DNA of 64,000 bases from Octopus vulgaris (GCA_951406725.2 OX597822.1:58404001-58468000); one strand, 5' to 3'. Positions 38,136 to 52,790 are shown, counted from the first letter of the stretch. Program-made: numbers and translations. Notes: generated from the sequence alone by a model not told the origin.

Positions 38136-38441
38136 CTATCTATACAATATGTTACATTACTCGGTAGTCAAGATAAAACTCTGAGTTTCAGATGCCGAAG
38201 TGGAAATCCACAACACCATCTCTTCGGTTATCTGGCTATTTGAAAACGTTATGGAAAAAATACCGTTAAATAAAGGGAAATTACTCTGTTATAACTCTGC
38301 TTGCCTGCGTACTTATACATCGCTCGCATTTTTCGTCATAAAAATTATGTAAAAATTATATAAAAATACATAAAAATATATATATAAAAAATATATAAAA
38401 ATATATAAATTCTTCTTGGGACATAACATAGAAAGCATGTT

Positions 38442-39260
38442 CTATCTGTTTTCTTTAGGGGACCAAAAACGTAACAGAAATTTAGTCACATGTGGGCATG
38501 ATCCGAAAAGCTCTGTCCTTGTATTTAGACATGTAGTAGGGTCTAAGCTGCTTTTCCAGATAAGCCATCTCTCCATGTCGCATAGACCGCACCTTCCGCT
38601 GCCGTTGGTATAGGGCTTACATCTGGCCAAAATCTTCCATTGTATGTTATAATCGACACCTTTATCTCTTAAAGACCAAATATGATTAGATAATTGTGTC
38701 GCTTTTCTTTTGTTCCAGTGCCTAAAGCTCAAAGTGTGGTTATTGAACCTGGCCTTGAAATTACCCTCTGTAAGGCCCACGTATTTCTTCGTCGAAACGG
38801 CGTCTTTAGTGGTTATAGAGTTTACGGTAGCTTCATATATGATGGTCTTGGACATGCAAGCTCCATTTAGCGGGCACAATTCTTTATTCCTGCATGAACA
38901 GCTGTTTTCTTCTTGTGTTTTTTGTATGTTATGTTTGATTATGTTTTTAAAATTGGTAGTTGAACTAAAACTATTTTTTAAATTGTGTCTATTGAAGAGT
39001 TTCCTATAAGTATGGTTAACTGGAAAATGTCTATCTATCAGTGCTAGGAAATATTTACCTATATTGAAGGCCACCTCGGGTGAGTAAGGGGGCGTAAACC
39101 AGATGACCTTCCTATTTCTATTATTCCTTTTCCTTACTGTTGGGCTAGTGATAGGTGTATATTTTATTTTATCGCTAAAACCACTATCTTTTAAAGCCTT
39201 ATTATAAACTGGGGCAACGCTATTGAAGATGTCCTCTGCCCAATGATTGAAACAAGTCAA
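38442..39260 (-). mobile_element. Penelope-like element, 5'-truncated ORF (RT thumb plus GIY-YIG endonuclease)
   Basis: VIWFTPPYS, CSCRNKELCPLNGAC, TIIYEATV...KYVGLTEGNFKARFNNH, CGLCDME and LNTRTELFGSCPH are typical of PLE C-termini. Confidence 0.9.
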
Positions 39261-40098
39261 AACATATTGGGGGGAAAAAAAAAGATGGATCTTTTAGATA
39301 ATTTAGTTCTAAGTACATTTTGTCTGCATAAAAGGTGGTATGGTATATCTGGATGGCTGGAATATTTTTGAACATAAGGAGACAAAAAATGAATTTAGCA
39401 CATCTTTATTATTAGTTACAATTGTTTTGGCACTATTCCGTTTCTAACGCCATTGCACATAAAAGATTTCATGTTAAAAAATATTTGCGAATGATTTACA
39501 TTAGAGTAGCACGTCACCAGACTGGCATCAAGCGGCCCTCTCTCCTATACTGTGAAAGAGTAAGTTGATTCGACTCGTTCTAAAAATCCAATCACTAAGT
39601 GAGAAGCGAGGCCACATAGAAGTAATGTTATTAATGGTGATTACATTCTCGCTAACAGATTTGATACAGAAACTTTTGAAATGTTAAATAAATAGCAATA
39701 AAACAGTTGAAGCTCTACATTTTTCTGATACAATCTCTCCATATATATTTTTTCTCAAGTTGTTTGTTTTTATCGTTTGATCTCTTGGTCAATTATTATT
39801 ATTATTATTTTATGTTTGACTTTTGCTTTACATTTGTACAAGTTGGCTCCAAGTCTCACCTAGAGACCTCAAGAGACAAGTTGGAAGTTCATGTTGGCAT
39901 TATGCCTAGGGTGCCATATATTTGGTTTTGTACATAGTGTTGTTCTAGAGAATGTTTAAGAAACCATAAGAAAGAGTATTCGAGCGGTAGAGGCAGTGCT
40001 GTTTTCTTTAAGTGCTCCACCCTTATTACAGCCCCTATTTGTTCCATGTACTTCTCAAGATTTTTACTCAATGTTCCCAGGGCTTCGACAATTATTGG

Positions 40099-40130
<32 letters not shown>

Positions 40131-40407
40131 TTATTATTATTATTATATACGACGGACTTATTTCAATTTCGTCTGCCAGACCCACACACATGGTTTTGGT
40201 GGGGCCGGGGCTATAGAATAAGATATTGCCGAAGTGGAACTCAGTGGAACTGAACCCGGAACTATGTGGTTTGGAAGCAAACTTCTTACCACACAAAGAA
40301 AGTATAAATGTCTGGTTCTTTTGTTTCTCCACCCCCACACACTTTGGGTTCATCCCTTAATGCTGCCTCACCGTTCGTCTTTGACTTACTTTCAAAGTCA
40401 TAATTTC

Positions 40408-40831
40408 GGACTTCTCGGTTTGAACGGCAGTTTTTTCTAGCGGTGTCATATGAAATTGTCACCCATAATTATGACCCTAGTATCATCTGCTTTAGGTTAG
40501 GGTTAGGGTTAGTTAGAGTTAGTTAGGTTAGGGTTAGGGGTGGGGGGAAGGGTATCTTTTTCTCTTCAGAAATGTAAATAAACCCAATCTGTTTCTTAAA
40601 CAAGGGACATACTCATACGGCACAGAATGTTTTCACCTTAATAGACGTTGAAATTGCAGAAATTGAAGAAGAAAAAAACAACAACAAATATCTTACAAGC
40701 CATAGAATTTTCTCAATAAAGCGAAGAGAAAAAGATGTTTTATAAACACATTCTACCAGTATACGAAGTTTAAAAGTGTTTAGTTACGTGGAAATTATTT
40801 TTAAAAACTGTCGGTCAAACCGAAAAGATCC
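40408..40831 (+). mobile_element. MITE with GG termini and 8-bp TSD (Merlin-like), internal TTAGGG repeats
   Basis: TSD ATAATTTC at 40400-40407 and 40832-40839; ~24-bp TIRs; second copy at 44001. Confidence 0.8.
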
Positions 40832-41417
40832 ATAATTTCTTCCTTTTTTACGTTACTAATGCATCAAGGACTCTTTGTTTTCTTCATAATCTTTTCTTTT
40901 CTATATAAATAATACGATAACTGACGTGAAGTATCGTTAGATCTGCAATACCGCTTCTGCTCCGTTTGAAATTTGAATTTTAAGATTCAGAAATATCAGT
41001 TGCTTTTTATTAATATGTAGAAAAAGGCTTCGGCGGGACATTTTTAAAATGAAGGAATAAATCAGTTTCTGTTATTAGATCTTTCTTCAGTTTTTACATA
41101 ATGTTTGAAATAATTCATAATAATGGTTCCAGGTTTAGTGAGACTGAACCCAGAACCTTGGTAAGCAAACTACTTACCATACAGCTACTCCTGCGCCTAC
41201 TGGTATACATGCACATATATACTTATATATACGTACACACACGCACGCACACACTCACACAAACACACATACACACACATATATATACATATACACACAC
41301 ATACATCTATACGTCTATATAAATTCATATACAAGATCTTTTACATACAGAGATGTATATGTATGTGTGTATCCATATATGCATACTTACGCCTCTAATT
41401 TCTTATGAAAATATACA

Positions 41418-41466
<49 letters not shown>

Positions 41467-41557
41467 ATTGTATTTTGTTTGTGTATTCTATTGTCAATCT
41501 TGAAAAGATAAAAGGAAAAAAAAAAGAATAAACAAAGCATAAGAGAAAGACAAAAAA

Positions 41558-41593
<36 letters not shown>

Positions 41594-42024
41594 ACAGAGA
41601 GAGAAGGACAGAGAGAGAAAGATGAGAGAAAGAAAGAGAGAGAGAGACAGAGACAAAGACAGAGGTGACTAATTTTGTTGTTTGTTAGTTACTCCTTGGA
41701 CAGCCATCGAGGTATCTGCATGATTTATGCAAGTAGATTTCGGGTATTATAACCAGAAGTTTTTAATGAACCCCCCGTTACTAAATATCATTATCTAAGA
41801 GAAATATGTCTAGGTCATAATTATCAAGTTTATTTATTCCTAATCAGATTATGTTATGATGAAATAAAACAAAGATCTTATTTTTAGTTTTGTGTCGTTG
41901 GTGTTTGTTTGTCTTGTAGTTTCTATAACTCTCTCTCACACCCCCACGTCCACCACACGCCTTTTATCTTTCTATTATCATCTCAAACTCTTCTTTTGAT
42001 CTTTACGAGAACTACCATATCGAC

Positions 42025-42067
<43 letters not shown>

Positions 42068-42363
42068 AACCATCATCATCACCATTACTGTCGTCGTCGT
42101 CGACGTAGATAGGACGGGTGATTGGCTGGATCGTTACAGCATCATATGAAATGCCTTATCATCACATACATCTTCGACTATTCACGTTCTGAATTCAAAT
42201 TCTATCAAGGGCAGCTTTGTCTTTAATCTTGTCTTGGTGGGTCGATAAAATAAAGTACTAACTAGTCAACTATTGTGGAGAATTACAATCGACATGTTCC
42301 TTTCCCACGAAATTTCTGGCCTTGTAAGTATGTAAGAAGTGATCAATACTATTGTTATCACAT

Positions 42364-43150
42364 ATGACGGCGAGCTGGTAGAACCGTTAGCACGCCGTGT
42401 GAAATGCTTAGCGGTATTTCGTCTGCCGTTACGTTCTGTGTTCAAATTTCGCCGAGGTCGACTTTGCCTTTCATCCTTTCGGGGTCGATTAAATAAGTAC
42501 CAGTTACGCACTGAGTCGATATAATCGACTTAATCCGTTTGTCTGTCCTTGTTTGTCTCCTCTCTGTGTTTAGCCCCTTGAGGGTAGTAAAGAAATAGGT
42601 ATTTCGTCTGCCGCTACGTCAAATTCCGCCGAGGTCGACTTTGCCTTTCATCCTTTCGGGGTCGATTAAATAAGTACCAGTTACGCACTGGGGTCGATAT
42701 AATCGACTTAATCCGTTTGTCTGTCCTTGTTTGTCCTCTCTGTGTTTAGCCCCTTGAGAGTAGTAAAGAAATAGGTATTTCGTCTGCCGCTATGTCAAAT
42801 TCTGCCGAAGTCGACTTTGCCTTTCATCCTTTCGGGGTCAATAAGATAAGTACCAGTTGAGTACTGGGCTGATGTAACTGACTTACCCCTCCCCAAATTT
42901 CAGGCCTTGTGGTTATAGCAGATAGAATTATTAATGTTAATAGTATTATCACATATGACGGCGAGCTGGCAGAACCGTTAGTACGCCAGGTAAAATGTGC
43001 TTAGCGGCATTTCGTTAGTTTTCGTGTCCGAAGTTCAAATTCCGACGAGGTCGACTTGCCTTTCATCTTCTCGGGTCGACTAAATAAGTTCCATTTGAAA
43101 TTGACTTACCCTCTCCTCCAAAATTGCCGGCCTTGTATCAAATTTTGAAA
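42364..43150 (+). mobile_element. SINE family B tandem cluster
   Basis: Three head-to-tail units plus a further full copy from about 42955. Confidence 0.85.
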
Positions 43151-43248
43151 CCAATACTATAATTTTCACCCATCATACTTTTATTGCCATCACCATCATC
43201 AATATAAGCAGATTGTAAACGTTGGTGCATAAAAGATAAAATGGTATG

Positions 43249-43419
43249 TGGGCTGGAGTAACGAGCATGGATTTGCAAATATTTATGAATACGCAAGACC
43301 ATAGAATCATTCCGGAGTTGTGTTACATTGTGTGTGCAGAAACAAACATAATAGAACTGCAGGGCAGAAATTTCAGCTGTTATACTTGTGGTAACATGGG
43401 TCATTTGAGGTCTTTCTAA
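43249..43419 (+). pseudogene. Decayed LINE ORF1 zinc-knuckle remnant
   Basis: WAGVTSMDLQIFMNTQDHRIIPELCYIVCAETNIIELQGRNFSCYTCGNMGHLRSF*, colinear with the C-terminus of the 22855 ORF1. Confidence 0.6.
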
Positions 43420-43468
43420 TCAAAATAGCTGAACGGGGATGGAGACAAAGAGGGAGATAGATCGATAC

Positions 43469-43536
<68 letters not shown>

Positions 43537-44000
43537 ACTGCATTAAACCAGTGACAACTTCAGCAAGTCTCGGTGAGGTTGTTGTTCCAGTAGCACCATC
43601 TGTCGATGCTTCTGAAATAGCAGGGGAGATTGCCTCGTTTTCGATCCCAAAAATGAACCAAGCCAAATCTCGGTCCCAGCTGAGCAACCCAATTCATCTA
43701 CATCGTTGATGACCTAATGAAGAATGGTGAGGAATGGAAACCCGTTGCTGATAATATGAGAAAAAGCAAAAACAGCACTCGATGGACAAGATATTGCTCC
43801 ATACGTCAGTTAACCTTCCTTCAATTCATTTTCAGAGGGCCAAAAAAATTAAAAAAAAGGAAAACTTCTTTTCAAAGTCGAATTACATCATCTTTATCCT
43901 TTCTCACTCTTGAATAAATTCCTCAAGTAATGAGACAAGATCTCTCGTGACAGACCTCTGTTTTTCTGGTCAGCCTTTGTCTGTATCTAGAACTCCTTTA

Positions 44001-44414
44001 GGATCTTTTCGGTTTGAACGGCATTTTTTTCTAGCGGTGTCATATGAAATTGTCACCCATAATTATGACCCTAGTATCGATCTATTGCATTTCAATCTGT
44101 TTTAGGGTTAGGGTTAGTTAGGGGTATCTTTTTTTTCTTTACAAATGTAAATAAACTCAATCAGTTTCTTAAACGAGGGACATATTCATACGGCACAGAA
44201 TGTGTTTTACCTCAATAGACGTTATTGATTGGTTGAAATTGCTGAAATTGAAGAAAAAAAAAAACAACAAATATCTTACAAACTATAGAATTTTCTCAAT
44301 AAAGCCAAGAAAAACAGATGTTTTATAAACACATTCTACCAGTATACGAAGTTTACAAGTGTTTAGTTACGTGGAAATTATTTTTAAAAACTACTGTTCA
44401 AACCGAACAGATCT
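44001..44414 (+). mobile_element. Second copy of the Merlin-like MITE
   Basis: GGATCTTTTCGGTTTGAAC...GTTCAAACCGAACAGATCT; TSD CTCCTTTA/CTTCTTTA (7/8). Confidence 0.8.
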
Positions 44415-45139
44415 CTTCTTTATTTTTCATGATTCCCAAACCGTAACAAGCCATGTGATGCTGTTGATGCCGTAATTATTCACGTGCAAACATGCATAGA
44501 TACAAGTATACACACTTGCATAAAGAGCAAACTTACATAGACATATACATGCGTACATAAAGACAGCTGGAGTGGGCACTTGATATTAGCGTTCAGAATG
44601 ATTCTATATTTGTGGGTTTCCTCGATTGATCCTAGAGTAATGTCTTCTTAGATCAGGAAGATTGCATCATCATCATCATCATCATCATGACGATGACGAT
44701 GATGACAACGACGACGACGGCGGCAATGATGATGACGAAAAATATTTCTCAATCTTGCCACTCTCGTAGATCAGTCGAGGTGCTTGTCAAGTTGGAGATG
44801 TTTATTCCGCCATTGTCTGTGAAGATATCGTAGTTTATTTTTTAACAATTGTCTTTGTTATCTTGGAAATGAAGACATCAAACAAACTGAAAATACTGTC
44901 GACACACTACAGCAGTATCAGCAGCATCAACAGCAGCAGCAGCAGCAGCAGCAGTAACAATAACAACAACAGCAACAACAACAATTATCCGGCTCAAATT
45001 ATGTTTACTTATTGTTGTCACTTAATTCATTTACCTCTCACCACCGCCATATTAATTTCATGATGTTTGTTTGTTGTTGATCTAATTTTGTATTTTCTGC
45101 TTTACCGTTTTATCTTTTTTTGCTTTTTCTACTGAATAT

Positions 45140-45445
45140 TAACACACAAAAACACAACCACGTACCCATAAATACACACACATACACACATACACAATCA
45201 CGTACCCATAAATACACACACATACACAATCACGTACACATAAACACACACACATACACACATACACAATCACGTACACATAAACACACACACATACACA
45301 CATACACACATACACAGTGAAGTACACATAAACACACACATATACACAATCACGTACACATAAACACACACACATACACAAACACGTACACAAACAAACA
45401 CATACACAATCATATACACATAAATACACACACAATCACACACAA
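45140..45445. repeat. CA-rich minisatellite, ~30-40-bp units
   Basis: Repeats of ACACAATCACGTACACATAAACACACACACAT. Confidence 0.85.
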
Positions 45446-46086
45446 ACTAATATACAAAATACTTATTTAATATCTCTATTATCAGTTTTATTTTGTTTGC
45501 GTCTTTTGAATTTGGTTTTCGGCATACATACGCATATACATACACGCACACATTCATACATACATACATACATACATACATACATACATACATACATACA
45601 TACATACATACATACATACATACGTATATACATTCATACATAGGAGCAAAGTATGACTGAACTTGGATTCTTGGGGAGAGAACGCAAACCCTTAATTCAT
45701 ACACTACAAATGATCACGATATCTGGGACTATAAAAATCTACAAGACCTTAAGATTTAAAGGATGATGAACGAAACAAGATGATTTCCTTCACAACCTTG
45801 CTACCAAGTGGGCAGTGAGTCAAAATTTACTCCAAATTAAAAAGGGAAATAGAAGATACATACATACATAGCAGAATAAAAGGATAAACAGGCTAACATC
45901 AGGTATTAGGTCAGATTTATATAGTTTAATTGCATATGATATTTATATATTTGAGTTGCAGCTCAAATTGCAGTTTAGATAGCAGCTCAACCTGAGCTCT
46001 AATTGTGTGCACTCCTTACCTTACGTCATCAGACGTAATATTATCTACCTACCTACATACCTACATACATAAATTACATACATACA

Positions 46087-46575
<489 letters not shown>

Positions 46576-46716
46576 AAAGAAAGAGTACTTACATACATAC
46601 AAGTTTCTCATTCTAAACATGAAAAACATGTAAAATGCTTCCGGGACACCAACCCCATAGGACATTCCTGGACCAAACTTATACACGCATCCACATATAC
46701 ATGAGGGATGCATCAG

Positions 46717-46755
<39 letters not shown>

Positions 46756-49013
46756 GCATTTGTCTATTAAAGTATAAAAGGTGAAAAGCGCCCTTATACC
46801 AAAGCGAAACGCACAAATATGCACATACACACTCATGAACCGGTTCAGACAATCACAAACTCTCAACACTTGTCTTAACTGCAACAAAAGAGTCTTGCCA
46901 CTTGGTAAATCAGCCAGCTTGAATTCTCAAAATGAAAAAAAAAAAAAAAAAAAAAAAAATTCAATAAATCCTAAAGAAAAGATACTACAAAACAATGTCA
47001 TTCTCAGGAAGACCATTTCAGCTTTTGAGTGCCGTATGGTATTACTTAGTATCTGCCGTACAACGATAGCCAAAAATAATAAACCAAAGTTGTGCTTAGA
47101 AGCGAACAACGTTCGGTAGGAAACTTCTCAGAAAGTATTCACTTCTCGACAACTCTGTTGCCACCCCAGAAAAAAATATACGCATTCCAAACAAATTACA
47201 ATATTTCTTTGTTAACGCATATCTCACGTTTAATGTTTTAGCTATAAATCTAGATTTTGCTGAAATGCTTCAACATGTTTAACGGGTGAAAGACATATAG
47301 CCTTGTATAGCACTGTAACATGTTCCAACCAAACAAAAAAAAAATGTATATTGTGAGCATATTGCTTGAACGGTTGGTGTGTATCTCTTCAAGATGTCTG
47401 AATTTTTTTTTATCCTGCAGCCTGTCGCTAACTTCGGTGCAGCTGGTCACTGAATATCTAACAGGAAAGTAAGTGTCAGGCACACACTGCATTCAACAGG
47501 TCCGAGCCGTCTCACTTAGCAATCACGCAATTCAAGACAAAATGAACGAGTGTTTTCTATATAGCCTTAATTCACTCCAAGTATTTTGATTGAAACTGGA
47601 TAAGCAGAAACTGCAGAATTTCATCAGATGAACTGTACTTGTTTGTGGCTGGTAGACTTAACGCATAGTTCAGTTTAACAGTCCCATATGGCCATTGAGT
47701 GCCTTTTGGTAAGTCCACACTGTTGCATGAATTCTGACTTGCTTTCCGGTGTGATAATAACTCAGGAGTTGCATTTTATTACTCTCTTTCCACTCATCAT
47801 TGTCATAGGCCATGCAACAGAGGGTATTGGCGCTGACCTCCCTCCTCAAACAGGAAAAGTTCTTGCGAAAACATTAGCGCTGAACTGTATTGGTAGTTGT
47901 TCCTTTTTCCGTGTACTAATTCACAACGTGTTCTCGGCCTATTGTTTTATCCTGTGGCACTAAGAAATTTATGAGAATAAGTTGACCTCTTGATCTTTCT
48001 CAAGGCATTCATCGGTCAAAGCTAATTAGAGAGGAGAAAGTCTTTGCTTTCGCCTGACTTAATTTGCTTTCGAACAATATAAATAAGTGAAGCCAAATAG
48101 CTCTCTCTTTCTCTCTTTGGATCGACCCGTCTCTGGTCAAAGGGCAACTCTCTCAGTATGCTGATCAAAGCGCAAAAGTAAATTTATCACCCTGTCTACT
48201 TATCTAGACTTCATTACTCTGTCTTTCTTTTGGAATCACAGAGATGAAGCTGGCATACACAATGGACTATGGAACTAAAGACAATTTATTTACGGTAACA
48301 ATAAACCAGCTGTGTACTCAGAAACTACCGAAGAAATTGTATTTTTTATATTGTAATGACTAATATAATATTAATAATCTTATAAATTAAATGATCATAC
48401 TAATAATTCATTAATATTGTTCTTTATTATTCATTTATCTGATGCAACATATCGCAATATATGCTTCTTACACTTATATGTTTATGTTGCCAGGGAACCT
48501 TTTCGAGTCTCTACATCACAGACGTTACTGAATAACTTACATTTGTCCAACATTATTTACTTCTTGCCACCATCCTCTTCATAAACTCTTGCCACCACCC
48601 TCTTCATAAACTCTTGTCACTGAAACACCAGTACCTAATTGGAAGTTAGATACTGGTACTACCAATTCCAGTTTCTTGCTTATAAATCGATTCGGTTTTT
48701 GATTATTACCGTCTCTAGATGTAATGATGTAAAATACAAGTTTGAAAAATGCCTAATTACTAAAAATATAAACAAAAAATTGCCGGATATTGTTGCATAT
48801 TGTAAGTATTGTCAATGCGTATTGTGCTATCGTGCTGATATAAGCATTACTGCACCCAGTAATAAAATTTGTCAAGTCAAAAAGTCGTGTTATCCTTATC
48901 AATAAACACCTGACAGAACTAATTTATACAGCTCCGGAAACATATAACCCGGATTTTCACTGAATCGCAATTAAAATAGAAGCTTACAAGCTATCTCTCT
49001 ATGCAATTTAATA

Positions 49014-49232
49014 TATTTCTTTACTACCCACAAGGGGACAGACAAAGACAGACAAAGGGATTAAGTCGATTACATGGACCCCAGTGCGTAACTGGTACAT
49101 AATTTATCGACCCCGAAAGGATGAAAGGCAAAGTCGACCTCGGCGGAATTTGAACCTAGAACGTAACGGCAGACGAAATACAACTACGCATTTCGCCCGG
49201 CGTGCTAACGTTTCTGCCAACTCACCGCCTTA
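49014..49232 (-). mobile_element. SINE family B with 13-bp TSD
   Basis: ATGCAATTTAATA at 49001-49013 and 49233-49245. Confidence 0.85.
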
Positions 49233-49322
49233 ATGCAATTTAATAGCGGACTGCATAATCTGATAATTGTCGTATTATAATGTTTGTTCTAGAAATACGA
49301 TAAAACTGTATTTTTGTATTGT

Positions 49323-51690
49323 TGTAGTGAAAATGGTACTCCCTTCCCACGTGACAAAGTAGCCACTATAAAGTCAGACAGTTAGTCGTTGTAGGAAGTC
49401 AAAAGTAGTAGAGTCGTTGTACCAGTTCTCTGCTGGAGTCAATTACATGATATATACAAGTTCGAGTTTGCATCAAGGTAGATTTTTTCAAGGTCATTGT
49501 CTTGCGGTCTATCAGCGATAGCACGATAGACGAGTCAAAGATAATAAGGTGCGGAATACCGCCGCAACATAATAGTGGCGACAAGAATATTATAGCCCCG
49601 ACAATAACATACAAGTGGACAATGACCCACATTACCTCAGTGGCGACGAGGATATTGTTGCGGCACAAGCAGCCAGCGCCATATTGGATGAGATCTCGCG
49701 GCAGCCATTGCCATCTCCGAGACTGGAGCGAGACCTCACCTGCATCCATTTAGCCATGCGCGAGATTACAACGAGGCTCGTGATGGAAACGATATAGACA
49801 GAAAACCGATTCAGACCTGTCTCTTCTTCGGCGCCATTACACAGCAGCACTGGCTGAACACCAACACTGGCAGAGATTTTCTGCCTGTCTATCTCCAGAG
49901 GCAATGCACCCACTCTATCGGAACTTAAGATGGTAGCTGAGAGCAGCACACTTCACCTTTCTTGTAAATAAACCAGTTGCAAATAGCAGTTGTACTTGAA
50001 GTCTTTTCTCTTCGCCTGCCGAAACCCTGAACTACATAAAGAATAAGATGAATGATGGAAGGAGATGATATTCCTCCTATATCATAAACCTTGCCTTCAA
50101 TTATTAAAAATGGTGACCCCTGACGTAGAAAAGGTTTTTTTTTCGAAAGCCACAAGTTGTCATCGCATTATAAAATGGCTTAGCCGAATCACGGAGTGAC
50201 AGTTTTCACTCGCTTTCGACTGGTAAACACACCAATGGCTCCAATTCCCGCCGTCCATCAACTTCTAGCAAGACGACCATCACCTTCAAGTTATCGTTCC
50301 TGCCGCCATATTTGAATTGCCTCACATGGAAATAGAATTTTACTGGTCGCGCGCCACTTTCTGGCGACCTTTTTAACTGACAAATAGAGAGAAAAAAAAG
50401 ATATTTATTAAGTACAAGTACACACACATCATTACAGTGTTTTTCTTTTCGCATTTTTTTTTGTGTTGAAAGAAAACAAAATAGAGAAAAAAAATGTTTA
50501 GCGACGAAATTTTTTTCTTGTCTGTGCATTTAGTACACAATTCTATAAATTTTACTCAGAAAATTTTTTTTCTCGCACACACACTATTATTTCCAACAAC
50601 ACATTTTGTTGGTTTTTTGTCCATTTCTTTTCTCCTATGACAGAAGACAAAACAAAAAAAAAGAGTTTTCCTAATCTCCCTTTGTATACTGGTGACGTCT
50701 CACTTTGGTTCGCTCAGTTGGAGGCATATTTTGCAACACATAATGTACCCCCGTTGCGACAATTGAATTTTCTCTTCTGTAGTATTCCTGCACCACTCGC
50801 TCCTTCAGTCAGGGATCTCATAACTGATCCTCGTCCGGATGCGACGTACGAGGGGGTCAAATCTGAGGTTCTCCGCCGAAACACGAAATCTGCGGAGTCT
50901 AAATTTAAACAACTTATGCAAGATGAAGAGTTAGGTGACAAGACGCCGACTCAATTTTTACGGCATCTCCGTGAGTTCAGTGACACGACTGGGGACAACT
51001 CGCTTTTATGGAAACTTTTCTTCTCCCAGCTACCTCCCAATGTGCAAACCATCTTGACCACAGCGGTTGAAACTAACACCGTGGATCAACTTGCTACCAT
51101 GGCTGACAAGATTCTAGAACTTGCTATCCAGCCAGCACCTCGCCATGTCTGCTCCTGTTCAGAGGTTTCCTCCGCTGCATCTTCGTCCTCACAGGACGAT
51201 ATTTTGGATAGACTTGATGCCTTAACACGCCGAATGGACGCGCTTTGGAGAAGACGCTCCAACTCTTCGTGCCGTCGAAATCGGAGCCGGTCCCATTCAC
51301 GCACGACCGATTCCTCTTCTTCTCACTCTGGTCTGTGTTGGTACCATAAGAAAGTTGCATAAAAAGCTCACATCTGTATTCAGCCTTGTAGTTTTAAGTC
51401 TTCGGGAAACGAGTCTCGGAGGAATTGAGCACTTCAGCTTTCTCCTCTTCATTTTCTATTCATCGTGCATTCTTCATAAAAGATTTGGTGTCTAAGAAAC
51501 TCTTCATGGTTGACACCGGTTCTTCTTGCAGTATTTAGCCTCTTCATTTCACTACAGACAGGCCTAAGCGTTCATTGTTTTTCACGCGATCAACTCGTCT
51601 TCCATTGCTACATTTGATCTGATTTCTTTACGCCTGGATATTAATCTTCGTCGAGATTTTTAATGGGTTTTCGTCAAAACTGGACTGACG
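49323..51690 (+). mobile_element. Ty3/Gypsy LTR retrotransposon 5' half (putative LTR ~49323-50108, PBS, gag, protease)
   Basis: TGTAGTGA start, AATAAA near 49967 and PBS TGGTGACCCCTGACGT at 50111, followed by gag and LFMVDTGSSCS. LTR limits are approximate because no 3' LTR is available for comparison. Confidence 0.75.
50637..51362 (+). CDS. Gypsy Gag-like ORF, premature stop within the zinc-binding motif
   Basis: DVSLWFAQLEAYF, LGDKTPTQFLRHL, QLATMADKI, SRSRS tract, CWYHKKVA*KAHICIQPCSF. Confidence 0.8.
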   Translation: MTEDKTKKKSFPNLPLYTGDVSLWFAQLEAYFATHNVPPLRQLNFLFCSIPAPLAPSVRDLITDPRPDATYEGVKSEVLRRNTKSAESKFKQLMQDEELGDKTPTQFLRHLREFSDTTGDNSLLWKLFFSQLPPNVQTILTTAVETNTVDQLATMADKILELAIQPAPRHVCSCSEVSSAASSSSQDDILDRLDALTRRMDALWRRRSNSSCRRNRSRSHSRTTDSSSSHSGLCWYHKKVA

Positions 51691-52056
51691 AAATGAAAAC
51701 GCGTCTAATTTTGAGGAAACTGGGAAACTGGCGCCGACAGAGCACGAAAAATACTGTAACATTATATTGCCTAAAAAAGTTTCTGACATAAATTTCACGG
51801 ACACAATTGGCATTTGTAGGATGTTTAGTGGAAAAACATCGTTATTTAGTACACGTTGGAAGTGTTTGAACATATATATATACATATATATATACAACGG
51901 GCTTCTTTCAGTTTCCGTCTACCAAATTCACTCACAAGGCTTTGGTCGGCCCGAGACTATAGTAGAAGACACTTGGCCAAGCTGCCACGCAGTGGGACTG
52001 AACCCGGAACCATGTGGTTGGTAAACAAAGTTACTTACCAACAGCCATTCCTGCGC

Positions 52057-52103
<47 letters not shown>

Positions 52104-52214
52104 GTGTTTGTGTGTTTGTGTGTGTGTTTGCATGTGTGTGTGTGTATGTGTGTACCTCTGTGTGTGCATATCTGAATGCGTCTCGATCACAAAATCCCAT
52201 ACACAAACACACAT

Positions 52215-52269
<55 letters not shown>

Positions 52270-52316
52270 AACACACAAACAGGAACAAACAAACACATGA
52301 CTATGCAGAATACATG

Positions 52317-52364
<48 letters not shown>

Positions 52365-52790
52365 TACATACATACATACATACATACATACATACATACA
52401 TACATACATACATACACACATACATACAAACGTGTATGCACACGCACACTGACCCACACACATGCATTCAACCAAGCAAACAAAAAGGACGCACCTCGGA
52501 TGACGGGCAGAGGCAACGACAGTTCAAAAGGTTGCAAGACGTAACGAAAATTTTAGAAAAAAAATAATAAATGAATGGTAATCGAACCGGTGAGTGTGTT
52601 AAATAATCAGGAACTTAAAGAGAATGACTCTCCCCAGATACAATAATATATATATACTTAGTAATGGATATATATATATATATACATACATACATACATA
52701 CATACATACATACATACATGGATACATACATACATACATGCATACATACATACATACATACATACATACATACATACATACATACATACA

